A DNA stretch of 64,000 bases from Octopus sinensis. Its lineage: Eukaryota. Both the position numbers and the translations under genes were made by a program. The stretch lies in the NCBI RefSeq assembly GCF_006345805.1, contig NW_021836318.1, positions 53,367 to 117,366 on the forward strand, read 5' to 3'. This document shows, piece after piece, positions 37,610 through 52,557 of this stretch. Numbering within the stretch: position 1 is the stretch's first letter; each line of letters opens with the position of its first letter. The notes beneath the pieces are model-generated. The model was not told the origin of the DNA. It ran no database searches and worked only from the letters and a program-made list of their open reading frames with translations.

Positions 37610-37831
37610 CCCTTTAGGGTTCGCATTATTCTGCCAAAATTAATCCTGTATTTATCCACATTGTTTTGAACAAATCATGCATTATCTTGTAGCTATGAGA
37701 TTTTGATGAGGTAGCTGTTAATTTTTAAAACGATATTGTAGGGTTGGTGTGAGAGACCAGATCTGGCCAGTTTGACCATAAAACAGGCAGAATACTTTTG
37801 GCCGGATATGGCCGGTTTAAATGCTAAAGGG
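37610..37831. mobile_element. piggyBac-type MITE, unit B copy
   Basis: TTAA-CCCTTTAG...CTAAAGGG-TTAA. Confidence 0.85.
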
Positions 37832-40800
37832 TTAAAGCTGTTCATGGTTTTTCAATCTACAGAGAAACGTTAACGTTTTATCTGCCAAAGAAATAAAAAC
37901 CTTTATATTGGTTGGAGGAGAGTAACCTACTCTTTTTTCTTTTACTCTCTTTTACTTGTTTCAGTCATTTGACTGCGGCCATGCTGGAGCACCGCCTTTA
38001 GTCGAGCAAATCGACCCTGGGACTTACTCTTTGTAAGCCCAGTACTTATTCGATCGGTCTCTTTTGCCGAACCGCCAAGTGACGGGGACGTAAACACACC
38101 AGCATCGGTTGTCAAGCAATGCTAGGGGGACAAACACAGACACACAAACACGCATATATATATATACATATATACGACAGGTTTCTTTCAGTTTCCGTCG
38201 ACCAAATCCACTCACAAGGCATTGGTCGGCCTGGGGCTATAGCAGAAGACACGTGCCCAAGATGCCACGCAGTGGGACTGAACCCGGAACCATGTGGTTG
38301 GTAAGCAAGCTACTAACCACACAGCCACTCATGCGCCTACTGATTAAGTTTCCGCAAATGCACCTTGTCGGTGCCACATGAAAAGTACACTCTGTAAAGT
38401 TGTTGGTTTTAAGAAGGGCATCCAGCCAAAGAAACCTTGCCAAAACAGACAAATGGAGCCTGGTGCTGCCAAACCATCCAACCCATGCCAGAATGGAGAA
38501 AAGATGTTAAATGATGTGTTGAGGATATATACATACATACATATATATATACATACATACATATATATACATACAACATATATACCATACATACATATAT
38601 ATACATACATACATAATATACCTACATACATATATATACATACATACATATATACATACATACATACATATATATACATACTATATATACATACATATAT
38701 ACATACATACATACATATATACATACATACATATATATACATACATACATATATATATATATTTGTTACGAAGGTGGGGACCTCCTATTCGAACTGTTAC
38801 GGAATCCCTCACACCCGGGCCCGTTCGATGCAGCGAATGTTTTCACTGCGGAGACTCGTCGGAGAGGAGAGGAGAGACACAACAACAACAACAGGAGCAG
38901 CAGCACAGAGAGATACAGAGGCACCCGAGAGAGACACAAAGAGGCAAGGCACAACTGGCTTACATTTAACAACTAGTTTATGACAATCAATTGTTACAAC
39001 ATCAAAGCATTTGAAGGAAACAACAAATCAATACAGGTATACAACAGATCAAAGCATTCAAAGTTGCAGATACAATGTAACCGTCCGGTAACGACACAAG
39101 TTCAATAACAACAGCAATTAAAGAATACACGTCCGAAGACACAGTTCTATTTCAAAACACATCAACAAGTCATATACAGTTCAAAGGACATTACAGGCCT
39201 AACAGTTCAATGTTCATTATACAATGTTCGTATCACAACAATTCACGTTACAGTTCAAAGTCTTTAATGACTACATCAGAGTCCTTCTTTTTCTCTCTCT
39301 TTCTTCTTTCTCTTTTTTTCTTTTACAGTCTCTTTACATCGTAACACATATCAATACATAATTAAATACCTTTAGTTCCTACTAGAATAGCCAGTGTCCC
39401 ATATTGTAGTTCCTCTCTAACAGCCGCCTATTCCTCTGTATATATCCCTCTCCGTACTGCTAACTCCAACCTGCCAAGCTCTTGCATCCCAACCGCCCGC
39501 CTTGACGACCAAAATCCGACCGTTTCGCTTTGACGACCGAATCCCGACTGTCCAAAAACCTTACTCTATCACTACCATCAATCCCTCTCTGCACTGCTAA
39601 TATCCTCTCTATCTCCTCTCAGATTCCTTACTCTATCTTTCTCACTACTTTCCTCTTCCTCTTCTTCAAGGGGTGTTTAGAACGACCTCTAGTTCACCCC
39701 GAAAGGGGTTGCAGGTCCACCCAGAACCGATCAATCCACCTGAATCTGACAGGACAATGGGTTTATCCCAAAAGTAGGTCACCAGCTCTGTCCTTAAGCT
39801 GAATCACAACAATATATATATATATATACACACACACAAGGTGGCGAGCTGGCAGAAACGTTAGCACACCGGGCAAAATGCGTAGCCGTATTTCGTCTGC
39901 CGCTGCGTTCTGGGTTCAAATTCCGCTGAGGTTGACTTTGCCTTTCATCCTTTCGCGGTTGATAAATTAAGTACCAGTTACGCACTGGGGCCGATGTAAT
40001 CGACTTAATCCGTTTGTCTGTCCTTGTTTGTCCCCTGTGTTTAGCCCCTTGTGCGTAGTAAAGAAATATATATATATATACAGAGAGAGACCTGCATGGG
40101 GTGGATGCAGATGTCTTTAAAATGAAACTGGATCTCTTCTTGTCAGGTGTCCCAGATGAACCAACTTCACGGCAGGAGGTGCAGATGAGGGCAGCTGCAT
40201 CGAACTCTCTCATGCACCAAATGGCAATTGCTAAAAAGCATTCGTGAAGTAAAATCATGTAGCAACACCAAATGGCGGTGCCCCAGCATGGCCACAGCTC
40301 GTGAGCTGAAACTAGATAAAATAAAAATAAATAATTAATCGATAATGTATTCACCCTTGTGGTTTACAACTTCTTCCCAACGTTCAACAAGAGTTTTTCA
40401 ATACCTCGTTGGTAGAAATCACCTGATTTTGTCTCGAAAAATTGATCCAACCAAGCTCTAAATTCTGCTTAGTATTGAACAAAACTCTGTGCATAGCATT
40501 TGAAAGACATCGAAAGAGGTGGAAATCCTTTGGTGCCAAATTAGGAGAGTACGGCAGGTGTGGCAGCACTTCCCAGCCATGCGTTTGAATGGCTTCCTTG
40601 GTCATATTGGCGTTATTGAGGTGGCAAGCTGGCAACAGCCATTAACATACCAAACAAATTCTTTACTGGCCTTTTATCTTTCTTTAACATTCTGAGTTCA
40701 AATGTCGTCAAGGTTGACTGTACATTTCATCCTTCAGGGTAATGAAATAAATATCATTTGCATATTGGGATCGATGGAAATCAACTTACACTCCCTCTTC

Positions 40801-41314
40801 CATAATTGCTGGCCTTGTGCTAAATTTGAAACATTATTATTATTATTATTATTATCATTATTATTATTATTATTATTAATATTATTATTATTATTAATTG
40901 TTATTATTATTGTTGTTATTATTATTATTATCGTTTATTTATTATTATTATTATTATTATTATATATTATTATTATGTTATTATTATTATATATTTATTA
41001 TCGTTATTATTATCATTATTATTATTATTATTATATTATTATTATTATTATTGTTATTAGTTGTATTATTGTTTATTATTATTATTATTGTTATTATTGT
41101 TTATTATTATATTATATTATTATTGTTATTATTATTATTATTATTATTGTTGTTATTATTATCGTTATTATCATTATTATTATTATATTATTATTTTATT
41201 ATCAATTGTTATTATATTGTTATTGTTATTGTCATTATTATTATTATTATTATATTATTATCTTGTTGTATTATTGTTGTTGTTGTTGTGTTGTTATTAT
41301 TATTATATTATTAC

Positions 41315-41360
<46 letters not shown>

Positions 41361-41383
41361 GTTATTATTATTATTATTATCAT

Positions 41384-44300
41384 TCAGTAGTTTTTTTTTA
41401 TAGCGTGCTTTCACTTCACTACCGAGCGCAGCTCTGTGTGCCTTGGGTATGTGCTGTGATTTGTTGTGATGCTCTGATGGTTATTGTATGGAAAGTGTTC
41501 TGCGTAGGATGTGTGCAGTGCCTAGTAGTGCAATTTCTGTATGTTATATGTGCTTGTAAGTCCTGGTGTTTTTGTTATGTATGTGTCTGAATATTTTTTT
41601 ATCATGCCTAATGCACCTACTATGATAGGAATTGTTTCTGTTTTCAGATTCCACATTCTAGTTACCTCTATTTCCAGGTCTTTGTATTTTGAGAGTTTCT
41701 CCATTTCTTTTAGAGACACGTTGTCATCTGCTGGTATTGATACATCAATTAGAAAGCATTTATTTTCTTCATGATCTCTGACAACTATATTTGGTCTGTT
41801 GGCCTTATTTCTCTATCTGTGTGTATCGGCATATCCCAGAGTATGGTTGCTTTCTCGTTTTCTGTGACCTTTTCTGTGTTGCCTATACCATCTTTTTTCT
41901 GTTGTTATTCCATAATGTTGGCATAGCTTCCAATGTATGTAGGTTCCAACTCTGTCATCTGTGAATATATTCCTTCTTAGCCAGGACTGGGCAGCTAGAG
42001 ATAATATGATTTATTGTTTCTTGTCCATCTCCACATATTCTGCAGTTACTTGTAATATTTCTTTTCATTACATGTTTTTGGTAATTTCTGGTGGGGAGGC
42101 TTTGGTCTTGTGCTGCAATTAAAAATCCCTCTGTTTCTGCTTTGAGTCCTGAGCTTCTCAACCATTGCTGGATTTTTCTTTGTCTATTTCTTTTGCGTTT
42201 AGTTTAGTCCAGTATTTACCATGAAGGGGCTTTTCTTGCCATCGTTTTATCATGGTTCGTTGCTGTTCTATTTTTTGGGTTTTCATTTGTTTTATAGCTT
42301 TTGTTTGTTTCTTCATCTTCTTCTTCTTCTTCTTCATGTTTTTAGGTGGTATGATTCTTGTTTGTATTTGTCAGCTTCCTTAAATACTGAGCAGTTTTTT
42401 GTTTTGCTCGTGTTTTGCCGCTATTGGATCAGTTTTCCTTCCTTCTGAAGTAGATATTTTTGCAGTTCTATGGTGGTTTTTTATAGTAGTTTTCCAGCTG
42501 TATAAGGCCTCTACCACCTTCTATACGTTGTATATATAGTCTTTCTATGTCAGATTTTGGGTGATGCATCCTAGATCCTGTCATTATTTTTCTTGTTTTC
42601 CTATCTATTTTGGTCAGTTCATTTCATTTCCAGTTAAGGATATTGTAGCTGTAACTTATAACTGGGACAGCTAAAGTGTTGATACCTATTATCTTGTTTT
42701 TAGCATTGAGCTCTGTTTTTAGTATTGATCTAACTCGTCTATAATATTCTTTTTTTATTTTCTCTTTCATTGTGTGGTTGTGTCTTATCTAGTTCATGGA
42801 TTCCTAAGTATTTGTAAGTTTGGCTTTGGTCTAATTCTTTTATTTCATTGGTTTTATCTAGTGTGATGTTGTTACTCTTAACTAGTTTTCCTCTTTCATG
42901 GTTACTTTGGCGCATTTTTCTAATCCAAATTTCATATCTATTTCTTTGGTAAATCCACGAACTGTCTTTAATAGTGTTTCCAGCTGTTTGTCATTTGCAG
43001 CGTATAGTTTTAGGTCATCCATATATAAAAGGTGGCTGATCGTTTTGCCGTAACATTTATATCCGCATCCAGTTTCTATTTAGCATATCAGATAGAGGTG
43101 ACAGTGCCAAGCAGAAAAGGAGTGGAGAGAGCGTGTCTCCCTGGAATATTCCTCTTCTAATGGGGATGTCTTTGGTTTTCATGAGTCCCTCTTTTGTTTG
43201 GAGGTGTAGGACTGTTTGCCATTATTCATAGAGTGCTCTATGAATTTTATGATTGTTGGTGCTACTTTGTTAATGGCTAGTGTTTCGAGGATCCATGTGT
43301 GGGGATGCTATCAAACGCCTTTTTGTAGTCAATCCAGGCATATACTGAGGCCTTTCTTTTTCTGTAGCTGTCTTCAGTTATGGCTTTATTATCATTAGTT
43401 GATCTTTACAGCCATATGAGCCTTTGCGGCATCCTTTCTGCTCTTCTGGGAACAGTTTGTTTTCGTCCAGGTGCTTGTTCAGCCTTTGCGATATCACTGC
43501 AGTAAATGCCTTGAACATAGTAGGGAGGCAGGTTATTGGTCTGTAGTTTTCTGGTTTTGCTGTTTCATTTATTTGGGAATTAGATGGTTTTCCCCTTCGT
43601 GAGCCATTCAGGCATTGTCTCTGGCTCTCTGCTAGTATGTTGTAAAGTTTTCAGCCAGCTTTTGTGCATTCCTGTTAGATATTTCAACCAGAAGTTGGGG
43701 ATCTTGTCATGCCCAGGTGCCTTCCAGTTGCTTAGTCTTTGCAGTGCCTGGGTGACCTCTTCAGTTGTTATGGGGGTCCAATTGTTCAGATGCCGAGTTT
43801 GTTATTTGATACTCCTTTTTTTGGTTGTTCGTTCGCTGACCATTTTCTCCTCTCCCCAGAATTCTTCCAATTCTTCTGCCGTTGGTGCTGCAGTGACTTC
43901 TATTTTATTTTTGCCCAGTTCTTGGTAGAACTTTTTGGGGTTGGAGTTGAACTTTTTGTTTTGTTCAAAGAAGCGTTGGCGTTTCTCGTACCGGCGGATC
44001 CTTTGTGCTTTGGCAAGGATATCTTGCTTCAGCTTTTTTTTTATCTCAGGCAAATTTCTCTTCTCTGTGATGTTATATTTGCGGAGTATTTTGTTTTCTT
44101 TTGTTGCTCAGTAGCGTTGATTGTTTGCTGATTTCATTAAGAATCGACAGGTCTTTTCTAATTTGTTTTGTTTTGTTCTGGATGTTATTTATCCACAGGG
44201 TTTGTTTGGGTGGTGGTACTCCTGTTTGGACGGGTTTGATTGAGTATCCAGCTTCTTTTGTGGCGGCAGTGGCTGCTGCGTATATTAAGTCATTTAGTTC

Positions 44301-45275
44301 AGTGATTACTTTTTTTGTTTCAGTGGCTAGTTCAGTGACGGCTAGGTTTATGCTGTTTATATAATTGGTGTTGTTATTTCGTTTATTTGATTCTTGGAGG
44401 TATGGTCGGTGGTCCATTTTGGGCTCTGTGGTTTTCAGTTCTAAGATTATTTTATTTTTTATATTATCAAATCATTAGGCTCCCCTTCGTTGTTTACATC
44501 GTGTTTGGGGGAAGTTGGGTGCTTGTGTTTTTTTGTAGTTTTTGTGTATTAATTATTGGGCATCTTACTATAATCTCCTGACATTTCTATCTTAGCTATC
44601 TCTATTCTGATATTTTTTTTTGTGTGAGAAGTATCTTCGTACGTTAGCTAATTTGTTGGGGTTCATTGCTGATCCAAGTCTATATCTCTATTATTTTCCT
44701 TCCATATTTTATTGATGTGTTGTTGTGTTTTCATTCTTTGGGTAGCACTGCTGTGAAGTAGGCATGTAAGATAAAATGTATTCCTCACGTGTCCATTTAC
44801 GTCTTTTGGGTTTTATTTGCGGGACATGAGGAACAACGTCCGGCCCATTATTTGACGGTCGTCATTTTCGTGGGGTACCGGTCCGTTGTGTTCTGTGGCA
44901 CATTATTTCGCACGTGTAGTTTTTGCGTCCATTTTTTGTTGTAAGTTTAAGGTACATACCGCTCGATTGTTATTCTTGGGTGAAAGAGTATCGGTGGCAT
45001 TTAATTCTTCGTAGTTCCTTGGTACATGGTGTTGGGGTCGATAGACGTGATGTTCCACGCATGTTACATATGTTGTGTTAGAGGGGGAGATGATATCGAG
45101 TTAAAATACATCATTCGCGTCGAAAATAGCAATAAATTTCAATTAGTATTACTTACTCGGATACAGTCCAATTCTTTGTTAGTAAATCTTTGGCTCCATA
45201 GGATGTCCTTGTTTCGATGTTGTGGATAAGATTCGGAGCTCTGTATTTTCCTTCTTACATCTTAAACGTCCCCCT
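41384..45275 (-). mobile_element. R4/Dong-clade element, unit B copy (heavily indel-disrupted)
   Basis: Colinear with 11641-15598, with many 1-bp indels in homopolymers. Confidence 0.9.
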
Positions 45276-46175
45276 TAATAATAATAATAATAATAACAAC
45301 ACAACAACAATTTGTTATTTATATTATTATTATTATTATTATTATCGTTATTATTATTATTATTATTATCATTAATTATTATTATTATTATTATTATTAT
45401 TGTTGTTGTTGTTGTTATTATTGTGTTGTGGTTGTGTTGTGTGTTATTATTATATTATTAAGGCAGCAAGCTGAGCAGAATCATTAGAACATGGGACAAA
45501 ATTTATAGTAGCACTTTGTCTGGCTTTACATTATGAGTTCAAAGATGCTGAGCTTGGCTTTGCCTTTCTTCTTTTCAGGGTTGATGAAAATAATACTAGT
45601 TAAGCTCTGATGGTTGATGAACAAAAATAGCACCCTGACCAAATTCCAGGACTAGTACCTATAATAGAGAGGATTTTATTATTATTATATGTTTGACTTT
45701 TGCTTTATGTCTGTACAAGTTGGCTCCAAGTCTCACCCAGAGACCTCAAGAGACAACAGGTTGGAAGTTCTGTCCCATATATTTGGTTCTTTTTTTTTGT
45801 TTGTGTTGTACTAAAAAACTTAAAAAATAAAAAATAAACCTTGGATTACATAGAGAGTATTTTGGCGTAGGATATGAGCAGTTCCCATGAGCACTATCTT
45901 TTGAATTTCTGCCATTTTGGGGTTTCCTGGTATCTGAGTTAGGTAGCAATCAGTCCCTTCGCTATCATTCCCAGGGCACCTATGACAACAGGTATTGTTT
46001 TAGTCTTTCACTTCCACATTTTGCTGATTTCTATTTCAAGATCTTTATATTGCTCAGTTTTGGTAGGTCTTGACAGATACGTTTATATCGATTGGGACAG
46101 TCATATCAATGAGGAGGCATGTTCTTTGTCTGAAGTCTTTCAATATAGTGTCTGGCCTATTTGCATCTATCTTCC

Positions 46176-46225
<50 letters not shown>

Positions 46226-46868
46226 GTTATTATTATTATTATTATTATCATTATTATTATTATTATTATTATTATCCAAGTCTCACCCAGAGACCTCAAA
46301 AGACAACAAGTTAGAGCCTAGGGTGTCATTTATTTGGTTTTTGGCGTAGTATTGTTCTAGAGAATGTTAAGAAACAATAAGAAAATATGTTTGTTTAAAA
46401 TTGAGATTACATTGACAGATTTTACGTTGGATATGAGCAGTTCCCATGAGCACTATCTTTTGGAATTTCTGCCATTTGGGAGTTTCCGGGTATCTGAGCT
46501 AGGTAGCAATCAGCCCCTTTTGCTATCATTCCCAGGGCACCAACAACAGGTATTGTTTTAGTCTTCAGCTTCCACATTTTGCTAATTTCTATTTCAAGAT
46601 CTTCATACTTGCTCAGATTTTGGTAGGTCTTGACAGATACGTTTATATCGATTGGGACAGTCTTTCAATATGATGTCTGGCCTATTTTGCATCAATCATT
46701 CTGTCAGTTTGAATTGTGAAGTTCCAGAGGAGTGAGAGTGGTCATTTTCAAGCACTGGAGGTGGTTTATGTTCCCACCAGTTTGATCATGGGGCAAATCC
46801 AGTTTTTGCAAATTACCCAGTGAATATATAGTGCAACTCTATAATGCCTGTTGAGATACTCTGTAGGC

Positions 46869-47069
46869 CAGTGGTTTTCAACCAGGGTTCCGCCAGTACA
46901 GTCCAGGGGTTCCGCAAGAAGTTACAAAACTGCTAAAATCGGCAGTAATTTTTAATTCTCCTGTGCAGATATGCGTGCATAAGACTATTAAATTATTGCA
47001 CAGGGGTTCCTCGAGCCAGTGGAATGTTTCCTTGGGGTTCCGCTCCAGCAAAAAGTTTGAAAAGCACTG
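46869..47069. mobile_element. hAT MITE, unit B copy
   Basis: Same TIRs; TSD CTGTAGGC at 46861-46868 and 47070-47077. Confidence 0.93.
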
Positions 47070-47127
47070 CTGTAGGCGCTAGAAGACTGCACTTGGAGAC
47101 AACATGATGAATGGTTTCATTTTATTA

Positions 47128-47158
<31 letters not shown>

Positions 47159-48192
47159 TTATTATTATTATATAAGGTGGCGAGCTGGCAAAATCGTTTA
47201 CACATAGAGTGAAATGCTTAATGGCATTTTGCCCAACACAATGTTCTGAGTTCAAATTCTACTGAGGTCAGCTTAGCCTTTCATCCTTTCAGGGTTGATA
47301 AATTAAGTACCACTGAAGCACCAGGGTCGATGTAATTGACTGTCACACACCCAAAAATTTCAGGCCTTGCACTTACAAAAAGAAAGGATTCTCTTCTTCT
47401 TCTTCTTCTTCTTCTTCTTATTATTATTATTATTATATTATTATTATTATTATTAATAATAATAATTATAATAATTATTATATTATTATTATTATCATTA
47501 TTATTATTGTCATTATTATCATTATTATTATGTCATTATTATTATTATTATTATTATTATCATTATTATTATTAATAATAATAATAATTATTATTATTAT
47601 TGTTGTTGTTGTTGTTGTTGTTTTCTATTATTATTATTTATTATTATTATTATTATTAATATTATTTTTTTTTCTTCTTCTTCTTTTTCTTCTTCTTTCT
47701 TCTTCTTTTTTTATTATTATTATTATTATTTTTTTTTTTTTTTTCTTCTCTTTTTTTTCTTCTTCTTCTTCTTCTTCTTCTTTTCTTCTTTTCTTTCTTC
47801 TTCTTCTTCTTATTCTTCTTCTTCTTCTTCTTCTTATTATTATTATTATTATATTATTATTATTAATATTATTAACACTATAATATAGAACAAAATGCCT
47901 TACCCGAGAATCTGTTTCCTAACATAGCAACAAAGCAATTCCCATGTTCCATCCTCAAAATAGACTTCATGGGAACTTTTCAGAAACGTGCACAAAATGA
48001 ACTGGTTTTTGTTTTCGTTTTTTTCCTATTTTTAAATCACGTGTAACAGTAAGCGGATGTTGGTTGGTTTGTTGGTTGGCTCATTAATTCATTTGTTAAT
48101 CACGTTGGTCAGAGAAGCTATATAAAGGAAGAAAACGCTTTCATTGTACTACAGTTTGTTTGTGAACTTCACCAGCCGACATAACTCGCAAG

Positions 48193-49388
48193 ATGCCGGA
48201 ATACCGTCCTCTAGCTGTTGAGCGGCAAGTTTTCTTGATTGGAATATGGCGATCTGTTACTCTAAACGATATTTTCCTGAAAGAGATTCAAATAGAAGAG
48301 GAAAAAATTACAGATAAATCTGTCAACTGCAGTTGTCTCCTTCCGGATTGTTTTTGTTTGCAAAAACAGGCAACTACAGCACAGGGCTGGAGAATGGAGT
48401 TCTGCTGCATAAGATTTACTCAATCGCATCAAAAAAGTCAAAACCAGAGCATCTGTTGCATCATTGATGAAGATGAAGAGGATAAATTTGCTGTCATTTT
48501 GCTCCGTTGTAACACTTTGAAAGACAGCTTCCTTATACAGAACACCATGAAAGAACTGTGGGATGTTTGTTTCATATCAGAGAAACAGTTTTATATCAAG
48601 CGTGAGCCTTGTGGGAGAGTGAAAAGTATGCTGAGAGGATCGTATGGGTCAGATGAAAGTTGGCAGAAAGCAACAGTGAGAAATCCGATGAAATATATAA
48701 TTCTGGGTCTTTGATAACGATCGATGATTTCAATAAATATCAGCACGCCACAGAGTCAAACATGACAACCATAAGAGAACAGCTTGATATGATTTTTTCA
48801 GAAATCAACAATGTTAAAGTCTACCTAACGAACACCGATATAACGAATGAAGATAACCTCGAAGACCTCAACAACATGAAAGGCATGAAGTATTTGAGAG
48901 CGATCGCACATAACAAAGACGGAGATTCAAACAATGAAATCCGAAGTTTGGAAGACTATTTTGATGTAGATGTATTGAAAGCCAGCAAATTGTCTGACAC
49001 TGAAAATGAAGAATATATTTTATTACGAAACAACCTCTTAAAAAAATCTCATGACGGCTATTTTCAAGAGAAGCCCATCCGTTTTAAGCCTGATTATTTA
49101 CACAGTGACCCACTGTTTGGTAAAACGCGTAAAGGCCACAGTCTGGAGGACTGTCTCAACACGAAGGAAAGCAACATGGTGAATAGCCAAATGGAGATAA
49201 TGGAATCAACCTCGAAAGCTAATTCCGTGGCAAAGGGCCGCAAACCAGGCAACTGGGGATTTTTACAAGAACTTTTTGATTTGGAATCAAACAGCAAAGA
49301 GTCCATAACAAAAAAGAACAGTGATAGGACTTTCACACCTTGTCATGCAAAACCCCTTGATATGGCTTACATGCGCACAGGAGTATGA
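48193..49388 (+). pseudogene. Unit B copy of the 399-aa gene, frameshifted as assembled (possibly sequencing error)
   Basis: Three deletions vs A: -1 in an A-run (~48316), -2 TG (~48458), -1 in an A-run (~48668). The translation is otherwise the same, and identical from NSEKSDEIY to RTGV. Confidence 0.6.
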
Positions 49389-49757
49389 AAACCCATTGAA
49401 GAGGTCTACCGAAAGAAAGACAGCCAAGTATTTACCTGGGACGCTGTATACAAACCAAACCACAGTTAAGACAGGTAATTCTGTCGGTTTTTTACCTCAC
49501 ACTATCTGAAGCCACCTTAATGAACTTCAAAGCTACAACTTGTTAATTGGACAAAAAGCAAAAAAAAAAAAAAATTCAAAACAAAAGTAATATTTCAAAC
49601 AACTTTTTAAATATATTTATTGAACAATATTTGATTGAACTACCTTGTCATATATATACACACACACACCAAAGACAAATTGTGAGGACAGGTATATATA
49701 TATATATAATCACATTATATCATATTAAATTATATTATTTATATTATATGTGTGTAT

Positions 49758-49789
<32 letters not shown>

Positions 49790-51049
49790 GTATATACACA
49801 CACAAGTACATACACATACATACACATAGAAATATATATATGTATACATAGACTCCTACACATATCAGCTGTAATTCAAAAACAGATGTGCATTAATGCT
49901 GTCCAGCTGTCCGAATATCTCTCTAACTTATACTTTGGCCAATGTTGTGACCATATATCTATCTGTGTGTATCTGTGTTTGTAGAGCAGCCTTGATCTTC
50001 AAGGATTTGCGATGGGTAAAATGTACCTCAGTTTTTCGCAGTCCAAACCATGAAAGAAGGAGAACTTCAGATCATATAATACCAATGGCTGCCTCCTCCT
50101 CCTCTTGTATGAGTCAAGGGATTCTCTAAGTGGACTCTTGCTTCTGTTAAAAATACCAGCTGAGCTTTTTGTGAAATCTCATGAAACCTTAAAAAATGAC
50201 AACAAAAAAAAAAAAACAGAACAATGGATAATGCAATCCAAGGTATACTCAGACAAGAAATTAAGACAGAGTGGTCGTGATTTGTTCAATCAGACCTCAT
50301 CTGAGACTAAGAGTCAATAAGAACTATAACAACGAGAAGAACAACAAAAAAGAAATTATGACAACAACAACGACAAGAGTTACAACAACGACAAGAATAT
50401 CAAGAAGGAAAATAACAACAACAACAAAGAATTCCTTTGCCCAGAAATCTACCAAGACTTCAGTCTGTGTCCTGATTGTTCTGTGACTGTAAGAACTGGT
50501 TTTCTCTAAAGCAACCCAGATTCGACTGTAAATCTATGATTTCACATTTTGGTAAAACAATTTCTTTGCAATTTTTACCTTATTTTTGTTTCTTTCATTT
50601 TTTATTATTTTTTTTTTTTTAAATTTCTTTAGTTTTTTTTTCCCATCCGTTTTTAATTATTGGTTAACCGAGATGCGTGACGTCTCTCCCTTGGGACATA
50701 TATTTTCATTCCCCCGCCCCACCTCATATCCCAGCTAAAAAAAAAAAAAAATTGAATGTCTAAACAATTTTTGTATTTTAATCTGTGTGGTCCTGAACTG
50801 ATCTGAATCTTAATCCCAATTATATTCCTGGTATGTTTCAATTGACATTCTACCCCATCACACACACAAACCCTTATGCAACTTATATATTATCAGAGAC
50901 ACCTAGCTAAATACCCACGGGCTGAATAATAATAATAAAAATAATAATAATGACGATGTTGATTTCTTTTACTTATGATAAAAAAATTTATAGTAATGAC
51001 AGTAATCATAGTAATTATAATAATGACTTATTTAATTAAAATTGTTTCT

Positions 51050-51084
<35 letters not shown>

Positions 51085-51228
51085 CGATGATTTACTTTTA
51101 ATTAAGAAATTTTTAATAATAATGATCAAATTCAACTTTGATTAAAAGATTTTTTTCACAATAATAGTGATAATAATGAAAATTATGTTTTTATTTTAAT
51201 TAAAAAATTTTTAATAATAATAATAGTA

Positions 51229-51259
<31 letters not shown>

Positions 51260-51556
51260 TTGTGATGATGATGATAATAATAGCAATAATAACAATATAT
51301 GGGTTTTGAACTTAATTACAAGAGCAGAGATTAATTTGTTGGGTTGTATGTGTAGCAGATTTAATTAATCTATCTTTGTTTCTATGTCTGTCTGTGTGTC
51401 TGTACCTATTATTTATTTATTTATTAATTTATTCATTCATGTCTGTTAGTATGTAAGTTTGTATGTTAAATTGACTAGAAAAGGCTGTGTGATATAAAGT
51501 TAAGAATTGTTCAAAGCTGGCTTTTAAACAAATTTAACATCACACAGGTGCACATG

Positions 51557-51648
<92 letters not shown>

Positions 51649-51704
51649 TATATAGGATGCCATTTTTTCTCTCCTTGTTTCTCTCCTTGTTTCTTTTCTG
51701 TGTA

Positions 51705-51742
51705 TCTTTCTGTCGAAGAGCGTACGCTCGAAACGTAAAAGA
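51705..51742 (+). ncRNA. Hammerhead-like motif, unit B copy
   Basis: Identical to 22010-22047. Confidence 0.5.
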
Positions 51743-51888
51743 CTTTTTCTATTCCTGAGCGCTATACTAATACATTTGTATGTTTGTACTCCACCTGCCT
51801 TCGTCTTTTGTTTATTTTCGCAAACTTTCCCTTTATATAAACATATATATATATATATATAATATATATACATACACACACACATACA

Positions 51889-51931
<43 letters not shown>

Positions 51932-52505
51932 CACACACACATACATGTATTTAATTCTACCTTCAATCTCTGTGTCATTTATTTAAGAATTATCATACTC
52001 TGTGTGTCTTTGTCCATTATTCTCTGTTGTCCTGTGATCTCATCAGCCAATCAGTTTCTTTTGCCCTGTTTTCTCTCTCGTTTCCATTATTGAGCTACAC
52101 TGCTGTGCAGTGGTCACTCTGGCGCACTCCAAAATTTGCTCAAAGTTATTCCTGCAGGCAGGAAACCGAGCTACTTTCTAACAAGGGCAGTAACTCAAAG
52201 CAAGACACGTTTGCCCTTTTTACTTGCTTCAGTCATTTTGACTGAGCCATGCTGGGGCAACACCTTGATAGTTTTCCTTCAAACAAATTAGCACCGTTCT
52301 TCTTTTCAAGCCTGGTACTTATTATTGTACTGTTCTCTTTTTGCCCAACTGCTAAGTTACAGGAATGTAAGCAAACCAATACCAGCTGTCTAGTGGTGGT
52401 AGAGGAAAAACACAAACACATAGATATATACATACATATATACATGCATATATATTTTACTACTGTTTCTGCTAACCCACACCTTTCCTCCATCTATACA
52501 ATAGC

Positions 52506-52557
<52 letters not shown>

